From contig OX597820.1 in the NCBI GenBank assembly GCA_951406725.2, positions 46,562,001-46,626,000 of the forward strand: DNA of 64,000 nucleotides, read 5' to 3'. Each line of letters opens with the position of its first letter. Within the stretch, counting starts at the first letter, position 1. Positions 14,257 through 27,286 of this stretch are shown here, piece after piece. The translations under genes were made by a program, and so were the position numbers. The notes under the pieces were generated by a model. The model was not told the DNA's origin, ran no database searches, and saw only the letters and a list, made by a program, of their open reading frames with translations. Origin of the DNA: Octopus vulgaris. Taxonomy: Eukaryota.

Positions 14257-14452
14257 GTTTTTATGTTTGTCTGTCTGTGCTTGTCCCCCCAACATCACTT
14301 GACAACCAATGCTGGTGAATTTACGTCCCCGTAAATTAGCAGTTCGGCAAAAGAGACCGATAGAATAAGTACTAGGCTTACAAAGAATAAGTCCTGGGGT
14401 TGATTTGCTTGACTAAAGGCAGTGCTCCAGCATGGCCACAGTCAAATGACTG
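13995..14452 (+). mobile_element. SINE with internal (TA)n(TG)n; many other copies, e.g. 3785-4162(-), 20300-20675(-), 23833-24200, 46900-47330, 47682-48200
   Basis: Recurrent ggagtggctgtgtggtaag…ggttcagtccca head and gaataagtactaggc…cagcatggcc tail. Confidence 0.85.
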
Positions 14453-15753
14453 TATTTCATGTGTGGCATATTTAGATCTTTGTAGAGATGGTCTTTAAGT
14501 ATTAAAATATCTAGGTTACAGATAGAATGTATTAGCAGTGATGATATATGAACCAGCAAAATCTCAGACAATTGTGTAATACACAACTGACTTGACTGTC
14601 TGCATTCACTCTCAACAAACTCCATGGAGACAATGGTTATTCTAGGATTATGCAACAAGCCATAAACACAAAATAGATTATTCATTCAGAATGGTAGTTA
14701 AAGAATTTGATGGTGTCCTCTTCTTTTTGAGATACTGTTATCAGAAACTGAATAAGAGAAGAGAACTAGGCCACATATTCAACACGCAGATATTGTAAAT
14801 AAAGTGGGTATTTCAGATATTCATATCACAAGTGATAAAGGGTGGAGCAACAAATGGTGAAGAATAGAAAGAGACATTTAGTGAGCTATTGAGAGTTCAG
14901 TGTATAGATATATCTCCAATAAATCACCAGCGATAATGGTTTTTAAAACATCAGGAACTTTGTATTATCTTTACTACTAGACATAAATCCATCGTTTTTA
15001 AAAATGTTTATTCAAAACTTTTTATACACATTACCAACTAATAAACTTTACTGGCAGAATCAATTTGGCAGCACCAAACAAAATACTTTGCAATATTTAC
15101 TTCTGATTTTTAACATTCCGAATTTAAATCCCACTGGCATTGACTATGCTGTAGGGGTTAATATAATTGATTGTACTCCTCTAGTACTTGTGGCTTTGTG
15201 CCTCTGTTAGAAATTGCATTTTTTTTTTTTTTAAGAAAGACCTATGCTATTTTCAGAGAATTATCAAATATCTTGTTCTTTCACATTTTACAAAACCTTT
15301 TCAAAAAGAGTATCGATAACATTTCAGTCTTTAACCAATACCAGAGAACTACCAACATGCAAAAATGGTGCTTTACTATGTTATGGTTTTCAATAAGTGG
15401 AACATTTTGCTAAAGCTATTAAAAAGTAGTCTCAGAGAACCCAGTAAATTGGAGTTTTTATCTGCTAACACCTAATTTCAAAATTATTTACCAATTTATC
15501 ATGTTAGTAACAGTTATGATTTTTTATTAAAACTAAAATGAGTCATCAATACTAATTAAATACTTGGCAATATTCGGAGCACTAAATATTTCTTGAGATG
15601 AAATTTGCATAAAACTTACACTGTTTGATAATCCAAGATGATAGAAAGGAATGTAGTGGGGGTGTCAACATTATAAAGGGGCTGTAAGGCACACATTGAA
15701 GATATATCTGTAACTCAACACAAACATCTCTATACCTCATACACAAACATACA

Positions 15754-15808
<55 letters not shown>

Positions 15809-15809
15809 G

Positions 15810-15867
<58 letters not shown>

Positions 15868-15927
15868 TACATACATATATATAAACACACAAACACGTGT
15901 GTGTGTGCCTCTGTGTGTGTATGTGTG

Positions 15928-15963
<36 letters not shown>

Positions 15964-16426
15964 CACATTCACATACATATATGTACACATATACATATAT
16001 CACACACACATTTAATATACACACGTGCTCACCACCAACAGGCCCCTTCCTCAGACAGACATAGTTACCTTCTGCAGGAAATCACATTGTGGTATAAGCT
16101 GGAAGAAATGGCAGGTCAAGGATGAATTATATAAAAAGAAGAAGAAACAAAACTGAGATCTAAAATGGAATTTTTAAAAAAATTTCCATTGCAGTTATAT
16201 TTGATATTTGCATGACACGTGACTAATAGTTGTCATCATAAAGATGTTCATTGGCTACAGTCAAACGTTTAATTAGCATCTTCTCTGCCAAGTGTTCTCA
16301 TTTATTTAACAGTAACACCAGCATCAATAACAACATTAGCAAATCTACCTTAACCTACTATTTATTATCTTCATGAGAAAAACCCTAAGGTACCTAAGAC
16401 ATAGTTGAACAAACATTAGTCTTTAA

Positions 16427-16645
16427 CCCTTTAGTGTTTAAACCAGCCATATCCGGCCCAAATAATCTACCTGTTTTCTGTTAAAACTGCCCAGATTTGG
16501 TATCTCACACCAACCTCTAATGTCAATCTAAAAACAGGTGATAACATCATCGAAATCTTAAAGCTACGAAATAATGCATGATTAGCTTAAAACAATATAG
16601 ATGAATAAATATTATATTTGACAGAATAATCTGAATGCTAAAGGG
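16427..16645. mobile_element. piggyBac-type MITE (family B; also 17852-18028 and about 46289-46510 in the opposite orientation)
   Basis: TTAA|ccctttag…ctaaaggg|TTAA. Confidence 0.8.
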
Positions 16646-17044
16646 TTAAAGCTATAGGATTATCTGAGGGATAAATTTGTAAATTGAGACAAATATCAAA
16701 CAAAGCTAACTTTGGCGACTTTGCAGATATTGGAGAGATAGAATCAAATAATTGACTAGACAAACAAACAATTTCTCTCCGTATCTTAGCTGAAGTTGAT
16801 ACTAGGAGAATAATTTCACTGGACAGTAGTGAGAACAAAATTTGGTCACCGGGAAAATATTTGTATTGTAAAAAGATTAACATAAAGACGAGACAAGGCA
16901 AGAGTCAGATCTCCCCCAAAGAAGAAACAAAATGATCATTTTATACATTCCTTTTATGCTTAGACTTGTGCCTTGGTGAGGAACTTTCTAGGTGCAATCC
17001 CATTGTCATTCATGACTGAAGGGAATCTTTTACATTCACTTTAA

Positions 17045-17266
17045 CCCTTTTGATACCAAACCACCTGAAACCGCCTCAGGCTCTGTAGTAAAATATCTTG
17101 TTTTCAAAAGTTCTGAATTAAAATCTTCCACCAAACCGTTAGTCACAATTTATGTTCCTAACACTAGCTTAATGATAACTAAGTTATTTTACTAAATTCT
17201 TTGTTATATTTAAAATTAATTGAAAGAAACACAGAGTGTCTCAACAGAAATATGGTAACAAAAGGG
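17045..17266. mobile_element. piggyBac-type MITE (family A)
   Basis: TTAA|cccttttg…caaaaggg|TTAA; reverse complement of 2142-2363. Confidence 0.8.
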
Positions 17267-17480
17267 TTAATAAGTCCTCAAGTAACTGTCCACTAATGGT
17301 ATGTGAACTAGTTCACATTGGCAAGGGGAGAAAAAAGTGGTTCACAAACTCTTTAACTAGAATACTAGGTTCTTAACACTTACGATGACCCAAATGAACA
17401 ACAGTAAAAGATATCACAGATAAATACGAGTACACTGTACATGAATGTGTAACCAAACCCTTGATATAAGAATAACTTAC

Positions 17481-17723
17481 ATGTAGATACAGGTTGATAA
17501 ACCAAGTGAGAGAATATTGGTACATGGGTTCAATATTGGCAAGTTCTGTAATACAAAAGAATAATATGGAAGAATGAACAGCCACAGGCCGGTAACCATT
17601 CCTTGTTTCATCAATCTCTTTCTCTGTTGCTACTGCAATAGCTTGCTTTGCTGATATCTCCTCTGCCAAAAGTTTTGATGAAGTTAAGACTTTATTTGCA
17701 GTTTCATCTTCTAGAATATTTCC
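17481..17723 (-). CDS. DNAH3: Dynein heavy chain exon
   Basis: GNILEDETANKVLTSSKLLAEEISAKQ...YRPVAVHSSILFFCITELANIEPMYQYSLTWFINLYLH; cag/gtaag. Confidence 0.94.
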
Positions 17724-17851
17724 CTGAGTGTGAAAAAAAGAGCCAAAGACAAATTGTAAAGAACATTTCGAACAGAAAAAAGATAATAAATTATAAAAAT
17801 AAACTGTTCAAGGTGTGAAAGGATACTTAGTGTTTATAATAACATGCTTAA

Positions 17852-18028
17852 CCCTTTAGCATTCAAATTAATTTATAAAATGTAATGCTTATTTATCTCT
17901 ATTTTTTTAAAATTGATCATGCATTATCTTGAAGCTCCAAGATTTTGAAGATATGACTGTTTATTTTTACAATGACATTGTAGGGTAGGTGTGAGAGGTT
18001 TGATCTGGCCAGTTTAAATGCTAAAGGG
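17852..18028. mobile_element. piggyBac-type MITE (family B)
   Basis: TTAA|ccctttagc…gctaaaggg|TTAA. Confidence 0.8.
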
Positions 18029-18544
18029 TTAAAACTTACATATCATTTCTGAAAAAATGAACACTATTGGACATAAATATATATATAAATTTAGATTTAG
18101 ATGAATATGGTACTTAGGTTGAAGCACCAGAATTTAGTACGGTATTATCCATACAATTTCAAAATAAGGTGATTAAAATCCAAATAAGCAACTAGGATAT
18201 CCAGAGGTAATGCAGTATGATCGTTTCATGCGACTCCATTTAAATGAAGTTTTAATATATATATATTTGATATACATATATAAATAATACATGTCATCCA
18301 CAAAGGTTTTTAAATGAAAGAACGCAAGAATAGGCATTTCTTTTAAATTTTCATTTCATATTTCAAAAAATATTCAGACAGTGGATATTCAAAAGAAAAT
18401 CCTGCTCAGTTTACCAGCTATGATCAGAAAGGAGTAAATCTTGAGAACTAGAAATCAAAGCCTTTCAGTTACAATGTATTGAAGAATACTCAGCATTTGT
18501 ATTGAGACTTACAGTTCTTTGCTTCTGATGAATCAACATGTGTA

Positions 18545-18576
<32 letters not shown>

Positions 18577-18733
18577 TGTTTTCCCATGTGTCTGTGTGTG
18601 TGTGAGTGTATGTGTGAATTATATATATATATTTATATGTATGTGTGTATATACATATTTCGTTTTGGGATTTGGTTTGCAAGATTCTTTATGTGAATTT
18701 GTGTGCTGAAGCATATTTTGTTGTGTCTGGGGA

Positions 18734-18942
18734 GAGTCATTTTCTTTTTGTGCCTTATAATTTAACACACTCACCGGTAAAATTTCCACTTATTTCTTAT
18801 TTTTATTTTCCTAAAATTTTCGTTGCGTCTTGCAACCTTTTCAATAGTGTAAAAGACTATTGAAAAGGTTGCAAGACACAACGAAAAGTGGAAATTTACC
18901 AGTGAGTGTGTTAAATTATAAGGCAGAAAAAGAAAATAACTC
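18734..18942. repeat. Inverted repeat with a deletion in the right arm
   Basis: …ttgcaaccttttcaatagt gtaaaag actattgaaaaggttgcaa…. Confidence 0.9.
18811..18847 (-). ncRNA. Hammerhead-like motif (UUGAAAA core)
   Basis: cta TTGAAAAG gttgc-aagac-gcaac GAA AATT T tag. Confidence 0.45.
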
Positions 18943-19281
18943 ATCGAAGGCCAGTCAGGCGGAACTGGCAACAGCCATGCTCAAATCATGTTTTTTATGT
19001 GTCACCTGTACAGGAGCCAGTCCAGCAGTACTAGCACCGACCTTGCTTGAATATTTTTTCTCATGCCACTCGTACAAGTGCCAGTAAGGTGACACTGGTA
19101 ACGATCATGCTCAAATAGTACTTTTTATGTGTCACTGGCACAGCAGCCAGTCAGCTGCCCTGGCAATGATCACGCTCAAATACACATGTATATTACAACT
19201 TTATACATTAAATGTACTCTCTCACACACATAAAACATGTATACAAACACACACAAAATGTATGTACACAGATACTGTGTG

Positions 19282-19317
<36 letters not shown>

Positions 19318-20785
19318 CATATTCATACACACATGTACATACATATACACACACACACACACTCGCACAAATGGTATTGGTATGGGGAAAATGGTTGAAT
19401 TAAATTTATTTCAAATGGCAAAGTTGAGAATCAGAATAGAGATTGTTTAAACAAGATATCAAAAATTCTACCCATAACAGACAGTCACAGGATGAATCAA
19501 AACACACATCATACTGAATAAAGACTTCCACCAAATCTATTTTTAACCTCCTTCATCAATTATTATTATCTCAGCTAAGACTGCGGAAATCCTGGAGTAG
19601 ATCCAGTGGAAATATACCCTAACTGTAGATGACACCAGATGGCTCAAACTGTGAATGCACTTTACTTAACACACTAATTGACATATACCCATTAGTCCAA
19701 AAAATTACATACAAATATGTGTGTGTGTATGTGTGTATAATGAGTATATAGTAATAAATTATCCAAGAGTGTACTGTACGAGCATGCAGTTATAATCTGG
19801 GTTCAGGCTAAAAGCATCGAGTCGTAAGGAGCACTTAGGATAACTTAGGGTGAGCAATACCCAATGTAATTTTTCCAATGGGTAAATCTTGGATTTGCTT
19901 CTCTGGAAGTACAATGAATATGGGGATTAGTACATCTGTATATTTTAAAATAATTTTTGCAGTCAATTATACAGCATATTTGGTTACAAAATGACTGAAA
20001 TATGTTTTTGCTGCATAGGGAATAAGTAATTGCATCTGCTTCTAGCTACTTTCAGCTATGCAATTTTATACATCACAGATAAGTGAGGGATAATTTAGTA
20101 TCCTCCACACAGATACGAGGTGTCTGAGTTTACACGGTAAAAGTCAGAATAATACCTAGTTTAACTTTTGACTAGCAATCAATATTCTCATTAAATCAAA
20201 CCATCTTGTATCAACGTATATAGGATACACAAACTGCAAATAATCTAAAACTCCATTATGCAGAAGAAATTCTTCATACCACATATTCTTTTATTCCTTT
20301 ACTTGTCTCAGTCATCTGACTGTGGCCATGCTAGAGCACCGCCTTAAAGGGTTTTAGTCAAAGAAATTAAGCCTAGTACTTATTCTATCAGCCTTGTTTG
20401 CTGAACTGCTAAGTTATGGGGACATAAACTGACCAGCGCCAGTTGTCAAGTGATGGCGAGGAGACAAACACAGACACATACACTTAAATACACAAACACA
20501 CACACACTCACACAACAGGCATCTTCCACTTTCCATCTATCAAATCCACTCACAAGGCTTTGGTCAGCCTGCAGCTATATAGTAAAAGACATTTGCCTAA
20601 GGTAACATGCAGTGGGACTGAACCTGGTACCATGTAGTTGGGAAGCAAACTTCTTACCACACAGCCACACCTGTACCATATATTTAATTAAATGTAATAA
20701 AATTTAATTTGATTGATGATCACCATCATTACTTAGTGGCTAGCTGTTGTATAAAACATTGAAAGATCATACACTCATAATCCAA

Positions 20786-21204
20786 CTAAAAATACACTTT
20801 GACCTACTTAAAGATCAAGGACTCTAATTTCTTGCTTAAATCTAAGGTCAGTGTGAGCTCAATCATATTTTTCTCTCAAAAGCCACACACAGTCTGCTTT
20901 GGACCACATCTGTAGAGAGATGTTGAATAAAGTTGCAAAGGCAAAAATAGCTGCATACGAATGCAATAGGTAGTTCTCTATGCTGCAGAAGCACGTGTCT
21001 ATCTGCAGCATAGAGAACTAGCTACTGCATTCGTATGCAGCTATTTTTGCCTATGCAACTTTATTCAACATCTCTCTACAGATGTGGTCCAAAGCAGACT
21101 GTGTGTAGCTTTTGAGAGAAAAATATGATTGAGCTCACACTGACCTTAGATTTAAGCAAGAAATTAGAGTCCTTGATCTTTAAGTAGGCCAAAGTGTATT
21201 TTAG
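20786..21204. repeat. Inverted repeat, ~200-bp arms, 12-nt loop
   Basis: Arms read directly as reverse complements with a few mismatches. Confidence 0.95.
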
Positions 21205-21289
21205 AACATGGTTGAGTCCATAAAATGGGATTTGACTACACCTCCATTTGGAGCACAGTTTAAGCTATCTTTTCGTGGAAGAAGATTTA

Positions 21290-21552
21290 TTTTCCTATAA
21301 CCTGTGTTAATTCTGTAACCCTTTAAAATGGAAGATAAGAAAGCTCATTTTTGGCATTTGATGCTTTGGGAACCAGACAAAACTTGCTGCAGCTCGGCTG
21401 GGATGTGTTACCCTACCCTCCATATTCACCAGATATTGCTCCTTCGGATTTCCACTTATTCAGGTCACTGCAGAATAGTCTTAATGGTAAAATTTCAATT
21501 CCTTAGATGGCATAAAAAGATACCTTGATGAATTCTTTGCCATGAAACCACC
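21290..21552 (+). mobile_element. Internally deleted mariner relic
   Basis: MEDKKAHFWHLML N-terminus fused to the P-PPYSPDIAPSDFHLFRSLQNSL motif. Confidence 0.7.
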
Positions 21553-22585
21553 TCAATTCTGGGAATTGATATTATCATTATTATCGCTGTTTTCCCCTGT
21601 GATGGGGATGGGGGTGTCGTTCTCATTGACAGAGCTACCATTATTCATGTCTATGCCAGTGTGTCTGTCAGGGGCGGTGCTGCTTCTGTTGGTGCTGTGG
21701 CTGATATAGTTTGGTCTGACACTGCTGGAATGAGAGCTATCAGTTGGTATGTTGTCCTGTCTACTATTTATAAAGTTGGTGTTGGAGGCAACACCACTTT
21801 TGTTAATGCTAGTGATGGTGACGGTGCCATCAGGGATGTAGTGGGAACTGTTAATGTTGCTTTTGTTAATATCGGTAAGGCTGTTCACTGTGATGGAGGT
21901 GGGGATGGTGGTAGTGATGTTGGCTCTGTTGTTGGTCCTGCCTTTGTGTCTACAGCTACTATGACTGCTATGGTTCCTGCCGATGGAACTGGCCAGGTTC
22001 GCCCATATCTCAGCCTTATAGATGACACCTTTGGTTTGGCAGCGGTCTTCTACTGAGCAACTGTTGTGGATCCTGCATGAACAACCTGCCTTTTCCCATT
22101 GCTTACGGGTACTAACTAAGATACTCTTAATGTTAGGGGCACAGCTAAACAAGACCCTAACATTGTGCTTGTTGAAAATGGGAGCATACTTATGGGAGTT
22201 AGTAAAGTGTTTGTCTATTAACTTAAGGGAAAATCTACCCACGAACATTATAGTGTTAAGGGAGAAGGGTTTAGGCAAACCAAATTGTATTCCTGTGGTG
22301 TTTCCTTCTGAAGTTGTTGGGTCCTGTCAGAACTGAGGAAGGTTATTGTAAAGGATGCATTTCCTATTATATATTATGTAAACCTGAAACGTTCATATTA
22401 AATGATTTCAAAATATCATTATTTGATTTGTTTGATTTCATTATTACAATTTATGTATTAGGAGCCAGTCTAGCTGGTCTAGACTCCACTTATCTTAATA
22501 CTCTAACAAAAATTTGGAGTAGTTCATTATATTTGACAGGAGTCAAAAATTCTGGTACCATGCACTTCTTTGGTATAACATGAAA
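21553..22585 (-). mobile_element. Penelope-like retroelement fragment (end of RT, thumb, Cys linker, start of GIY-YIG)
   Basis: PFSLN…VGRFSLKLIDKHF…IFNKHNVRVLFSCAPNIKSIL…CSCR…C…C…GVIYKA matches the PLE RT-endonuclease linker pattern. Confidence 0.75.
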
Positions 22586-23561
22586 TGTGTGTGTGTGTAT
22601 ATTTATTCCAAAACTGCAAGTGGACTGTTGGTGATTTTTTCCTCCGTCATCCTTTTCTTTTGGACTTTCCTATGTCTCCTGTTTCTGAAGCAGAGCTATG
22701 CTTGAAACATAGAACAACTACTCTTTCTTTCCTTCTCTGAGCATCTTATTAATACTTTGCATGTACCATGTCCTCACATTGTTGTTTGTTTCTTGTCTGT
22801 CTTTTTTACTCTGATTTTTATTAATTATATATATAGATATATATATTTTTTTATACACACACACAAACACATACACACACACACAGACATTGGTCAACCA
22901 GGGGCTACAGTGAAAGATATTTACCCAAGGTACTACACTGCATGCTTGAAACCAAAAACCATGTGGTTGCAAAGCAGGCTTCTTAACCACACAGCCATGC
23001 ATGCACCTTTGCGTGCTTGTGTGTGTGTGTGCGCGCGTGTGTGTCTGTCCATCTGTGTCAGTGTGTATATGTGTGTGCATGCATGTGTGCATTCATGCAT
23101 ATGCATCTGTTGTGTGTGTGTGTGCATGCTTGTGTGTACATGTATGTGTGTATGGGTGTGTGTGTGTGTGTGTGCGAGTATCTAGATGAACAGATTTTAG
23201 ATCATTAACCCTTTCCACGGGAGATTGGAAACAAATGAAGCTCCTTGTATGATGGTGATGCTTGCTTACAAATAATTGATTTGTACAATGACAATGGATA
23301 TTGCAATAAAGTAATTTGGAGAGCAGAATAAAGCTGGTAGTGTGAAGATGAGAATGATGATGATGATGCTGATGCTGATGATGATGAGGATGATGACGAT
23401 GACAATGATGATGAAGATGATGATGATAAAGATGATGATGATAATAACGATGACGACAATGATGATGATGATGATGATGATGATGCTGACGACAACGAGG
23501 ATAATGAGAAGTAGGATGGTTATCATGGGAAATGATGAGTGAGAAAGATTTCAACTCTGAC

Positions 23562-23747
23562 CTCTGATGCAGTCAGCACTTCAAGAATTTTGTCTTCTAT
23601 CTCTTTCAGCAGTCTTTTGTTCTCAGATCCCTGCACAATCAGCTCGTTCTTCTTCTCCTCTAATTTTGGTTTTTCCTTTGCTGCCACAATACCCAATAGC
23701 TGGTCTTGTAGTCCTTGTGGTGTGATCATAAAGTTTAGCATGCATAC
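23562..23747 (-). CDS. DNAH3: Dynein heavy chain exon, AAA5/strut
   Basis: VCMLNFMITPQGLQDQLLGIVAAKEKPKLEEKKNELIVQGSENKRLLKEIEDKILEVLTASE. Confidence 0.93.
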
Positions 23748-24216
23748 CTGTAAGAAATAGCATTGGATTATTACCATGTAACAATATACATGCATGGATA
23801 CACCTTTACATACAAATACATATATACACAATAGGTGCAGGAGTGGCTGTGTGGTAAGTAGCTTGATTACTAACCACATGGTTCTGGGTTCAGTCCTATT
23901 TCATGACACCTTGGGCAAGTGTCATCTATTATAGCATCAGGCCATCCAAAGCCTTGTGAGTAGATTTGGCAGACAGAAACTGTAAAGAAGCCTGTCGTAT
24001 TTATATGCATATGTGTATGTCTGTGTGTCTGTTTGTTCCCCCACCATTGCTTTACAACTGATGCTGGTGTGTTTATGTCTCTGTAACTTAGCAGTTCAGC
24101 AAAAGAGACCGAGAGAATAAGCACTAGGTTTACAAAGAATAAATCCTGGGATCAGTTTGTTCGACTAAAGGTGGTGCTCCAGCAAGGCTGCAGTCAATAA
24201 ATAAAAGAATATATAT

Positions 24217-24990
24217 ACATGGTCTGATCAATAAGTATCCCAACGGTTGCCATAGTAAGCACATGGAGTGAAGTCACTTGGTACAGATTGACCTTAGACT
24301 CTGCAGTTCATGCACACTGAGTTTTAACATTCCAGCTTAGGTCCGCTGTTTACAGCAGTGCTTAGAAGGAATGTGTGTTGTGTGTGATCATTGCATTGAC
24401 CATGACAGAGAAAGTTGAGCAGAGAATCTGCATTAAATTATGCCAAAAGCTTGGTGATACCTACTCAGAGGCCTATGCAAAGTTTTCAAAAAGTTTTCAT
24501 CGTTCTTGATGCAATCAAGATCTTGTGCAATTGAAACCCTGAGTGTCTTTTTGATCAGCTGAAAGCAGTTTTGGCACAAAACTTGGCAGATATGCGTCTC
24601 ATACCAAAATCTTCAGTGATAATGAACTGAACTGTAACTAATCTGCACATCCTCTGATAACACATGGATGGTGATTCAATGATCTCTCCTCACAGCTGCA
24701 TGCACATTTGCAATGTTTTTCTTAGTTCTGCTGGTTGCAGGTATCCTAGGATGTTTGTCAATATCAACATTCCTTTGGCCATCTTGGAAACGTCTGAACC
24801 ACTTGTACACTTGTGTGCGACTCATACACTCCTCTCCATACACTTTCTGGAACTTTTCATAGGCCTCTGAGCAGGTGTCGCCATAACAACTTTCTCTGTC
24901 ATGGTCAATGCGACAATCACACGCTATACACCTTCCTTTCAAGCACTTCTGTAAACAGCAGAAATGAGCTAGAATGTTAAAACTTAGTGA
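24217..24990. mobile_element. Mariner relic with two oppositely oriented 5' segments
   Basis: MTEKVEQRICIKLCQKLG on +; SEAYEKFQKVYGEECMSRTQVYKWFRRF helix-turn-helix on -. Confidence 0.7.
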
Positions 24991-25507
24991 AGGGTACTAG
25001 TTAGCACCAACATAGCAAGAAATAAGAGTCAAAACAACTCATATCCATATATTAATGCTTGTATTACTAAGGGCTTAACTACTGAACTTTGTATCTTTGA
25101 CCTTTACATTATCGAAACAAAAGGATTAAATCCAATAATATTAAAAATAACAAAAATACTGTCACATCTTGTACATACTAACAAAAGAGAAAAGCTATAC
25201 ACATGTATTCAAAGTTCTACATACATGAATAAATTCTAAATGATAAAAATTTTCTCCAAAACACCTTTCCATAACAATCAAATAAAAATCTAATTATTAC
25301 CCCTCTCAAACCCACACACCTAAGATGATTTTAACTCAACAGAGACTATATAAAGGCAAGACTAAATCTGATGCATCACTGTTTAACAATGACTTAGCAG
25401 ACAAAAACTTCGAAGTCTCTATCAATAACATTCTTGTATAAGAATAATAAATATATATACACACACAGACACACACACACATACATACACACAGAAATAG
25501 AAAGAGA

Positions 25508-25772
25508 GGCGGCGAGCTGGCAGAAACGTTAGCAAAGGCAGCGAGCTGGCAGAATCGTTAGCACGCCGGGTGAAATGCTTAGCAGTATTTCGTCAGCCGT
25601 TACATTCTGAGTTCAAATTCCGCTGAGGTTGACTTTGCCTTTCATCCTTTCAGGGTCAATAAAATAAGTACCAGTTATGCACTGGGGTTGATATAATCGA
25701 CTTAATCTATTTGTCTGTCCTTGTTTGCCCCCTCTGTGTGTAGCCCCTTGTGGACAGTAAAGAAATAAGAAA
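25508..25772 (+). mobile_element. tRNA-derived SINE with duplicated head; same family at 31227-31467(-), 45250-45990 and 61615-62030 (several copies in AAT tracts), 59474-59696
   Basis: ggcggcgagctggcagaa occurs twice, followed by the family body. Confidence 0.8.
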
Positions 25773-26400
25773 TAGAAAGAGAGAGAGAAACAGACACAGA
25801 ATTTAAGATGAAAGGATGGATAGATATGAATTAAAATATTGTTAAAGATTGTGAAATTAATCATCATCAGCATCATCATCATTTGACATCCGTTTTCCAT
25901 GCAGGAATGGGTTGAACAGTTTGACATACATAGAGCAGGCTAGCAGGGAGCCGTCCAGACTCCAACTGTCTGTTGTGGCATGGTTTCTATGGCGGGATGC
26001 CCTTCCTAACGCCAATCACTTAGCAGAATGCGTTAGGTGCTTTTTACATGCCACTGGCACAGATGCATTTACGTAGCACTGGCACAGGCATGTTAATGCA
26101 GCACTGACATAGGCACTTTTTAAGCGACATCAGCACTTAGGGCTGTATGTGTAGAAGACAGTGATTTTTACCTAGCTTGACACATCTTATCAAGTACAAC
26201 AAATCACCACATCTCCCAGTCGATTGTCATATCCTCAATGAGGCCCAGTGTCAGAAGATCCTTTCTTACTACTTAGTCCCACGTCTTCCTGGGTCTACCT
26301 CTTTCACAAGTACCCTCCACAATTAGTGCTTGGCACTTCTAAAAGACAAACAAATGCCAAGGGAATAGAAGGAAACCAATAAAAGCAATAGACAAATTAC

Positions 26401-26708
26401 CTTGACAGAAATTTCCGGCAAATAATGTGGGTTCCTTAGCCGTGTCGTAATATAGAGGCGGAAGTACGGCGAGTACTCAATCAGGTTGTCTCCAAGGCGC
26501 ATGTACTCCACACCTTGTTGTTTGAAGGTTGATTTTTGTAGCACTGGCTCGAGCAGAGGATCAAGCTCTTCACCAACGTTCTCCAGCAACAGAGGTAACC
26601 CAAACTGGATGCAGTTCTCCAATGCGCGCACATAGTTACTGTCAGACAACTTGATGACAGCCAGTTTGTTGGCTTTCTCCATGTTTTTTATCCACTTATT
26701 AGCTTGTC
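26401..26708 (-). CDS. DNAH3: Dynein heavy chain exon, AAA5
   Basis: GQANKWIKNMEKANKLAVIKLSDSNYVRALENCIQFGLPLLLENVGEELDP...LYITTRLRNPHYLPEISVK. Confidence 0.94.
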
Positions 26709-26894
26709 CTGAAAGTGAATCAAGTACAACCAAGCACATCAATGCAATAATATAGCATAAAAAGACACACAAAGAAAAACACATGTGTAATGTAAAATAA
26801 CCCTTCAGTTTCAAAAAGGGGATGTTGGTGTTTAGCCCTAGATTCATTAAATGAAGTAGATAAAAAACCTCTTTCTTTCTGGATAGAATACTAA

Positions 26895-27286
26895 TCTATA
26901 TATATATAAAGCTGAAGTTGTCTGTGTGTGGCAGGTTTGGTAGCCTTCAACTAACACTATTGCCTTCAAAACCCTACAGCGCAAGTTGACCAAAATTGAG
27001 AGTATGATAGAAGAAGGCTTGCTCTTCATTCCGTAGAAGAAAAAGTTCAAATCGGACCATGTTAACACCAAAAATTATTTACATAAAAAAGGTGCTATTT
27101 TTCTATGAAAATCCCTATTTTTTATGATTTTTTGACTGCTGTGTCACCATTTTTCGGTGTATTTCAACCAGAAAAATGTTCACTTAAAGAGAATAACAAG
27201 TTACATAAAGCAAAATTTTTACTTTTCAAAAATTCCAATTCTAAAGGGTCAAAACAAACCCGAGCAACGCCGGGCGATACTGCTAG
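26895..27286 (+). mobile_element. Non-autonomous Helitron
   Basis: 5' TC, subterminal GC hairpin cccgagcaacgccggg, 3' CTAG; inserted between A and T with no TSD. Confidence 0.8.
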
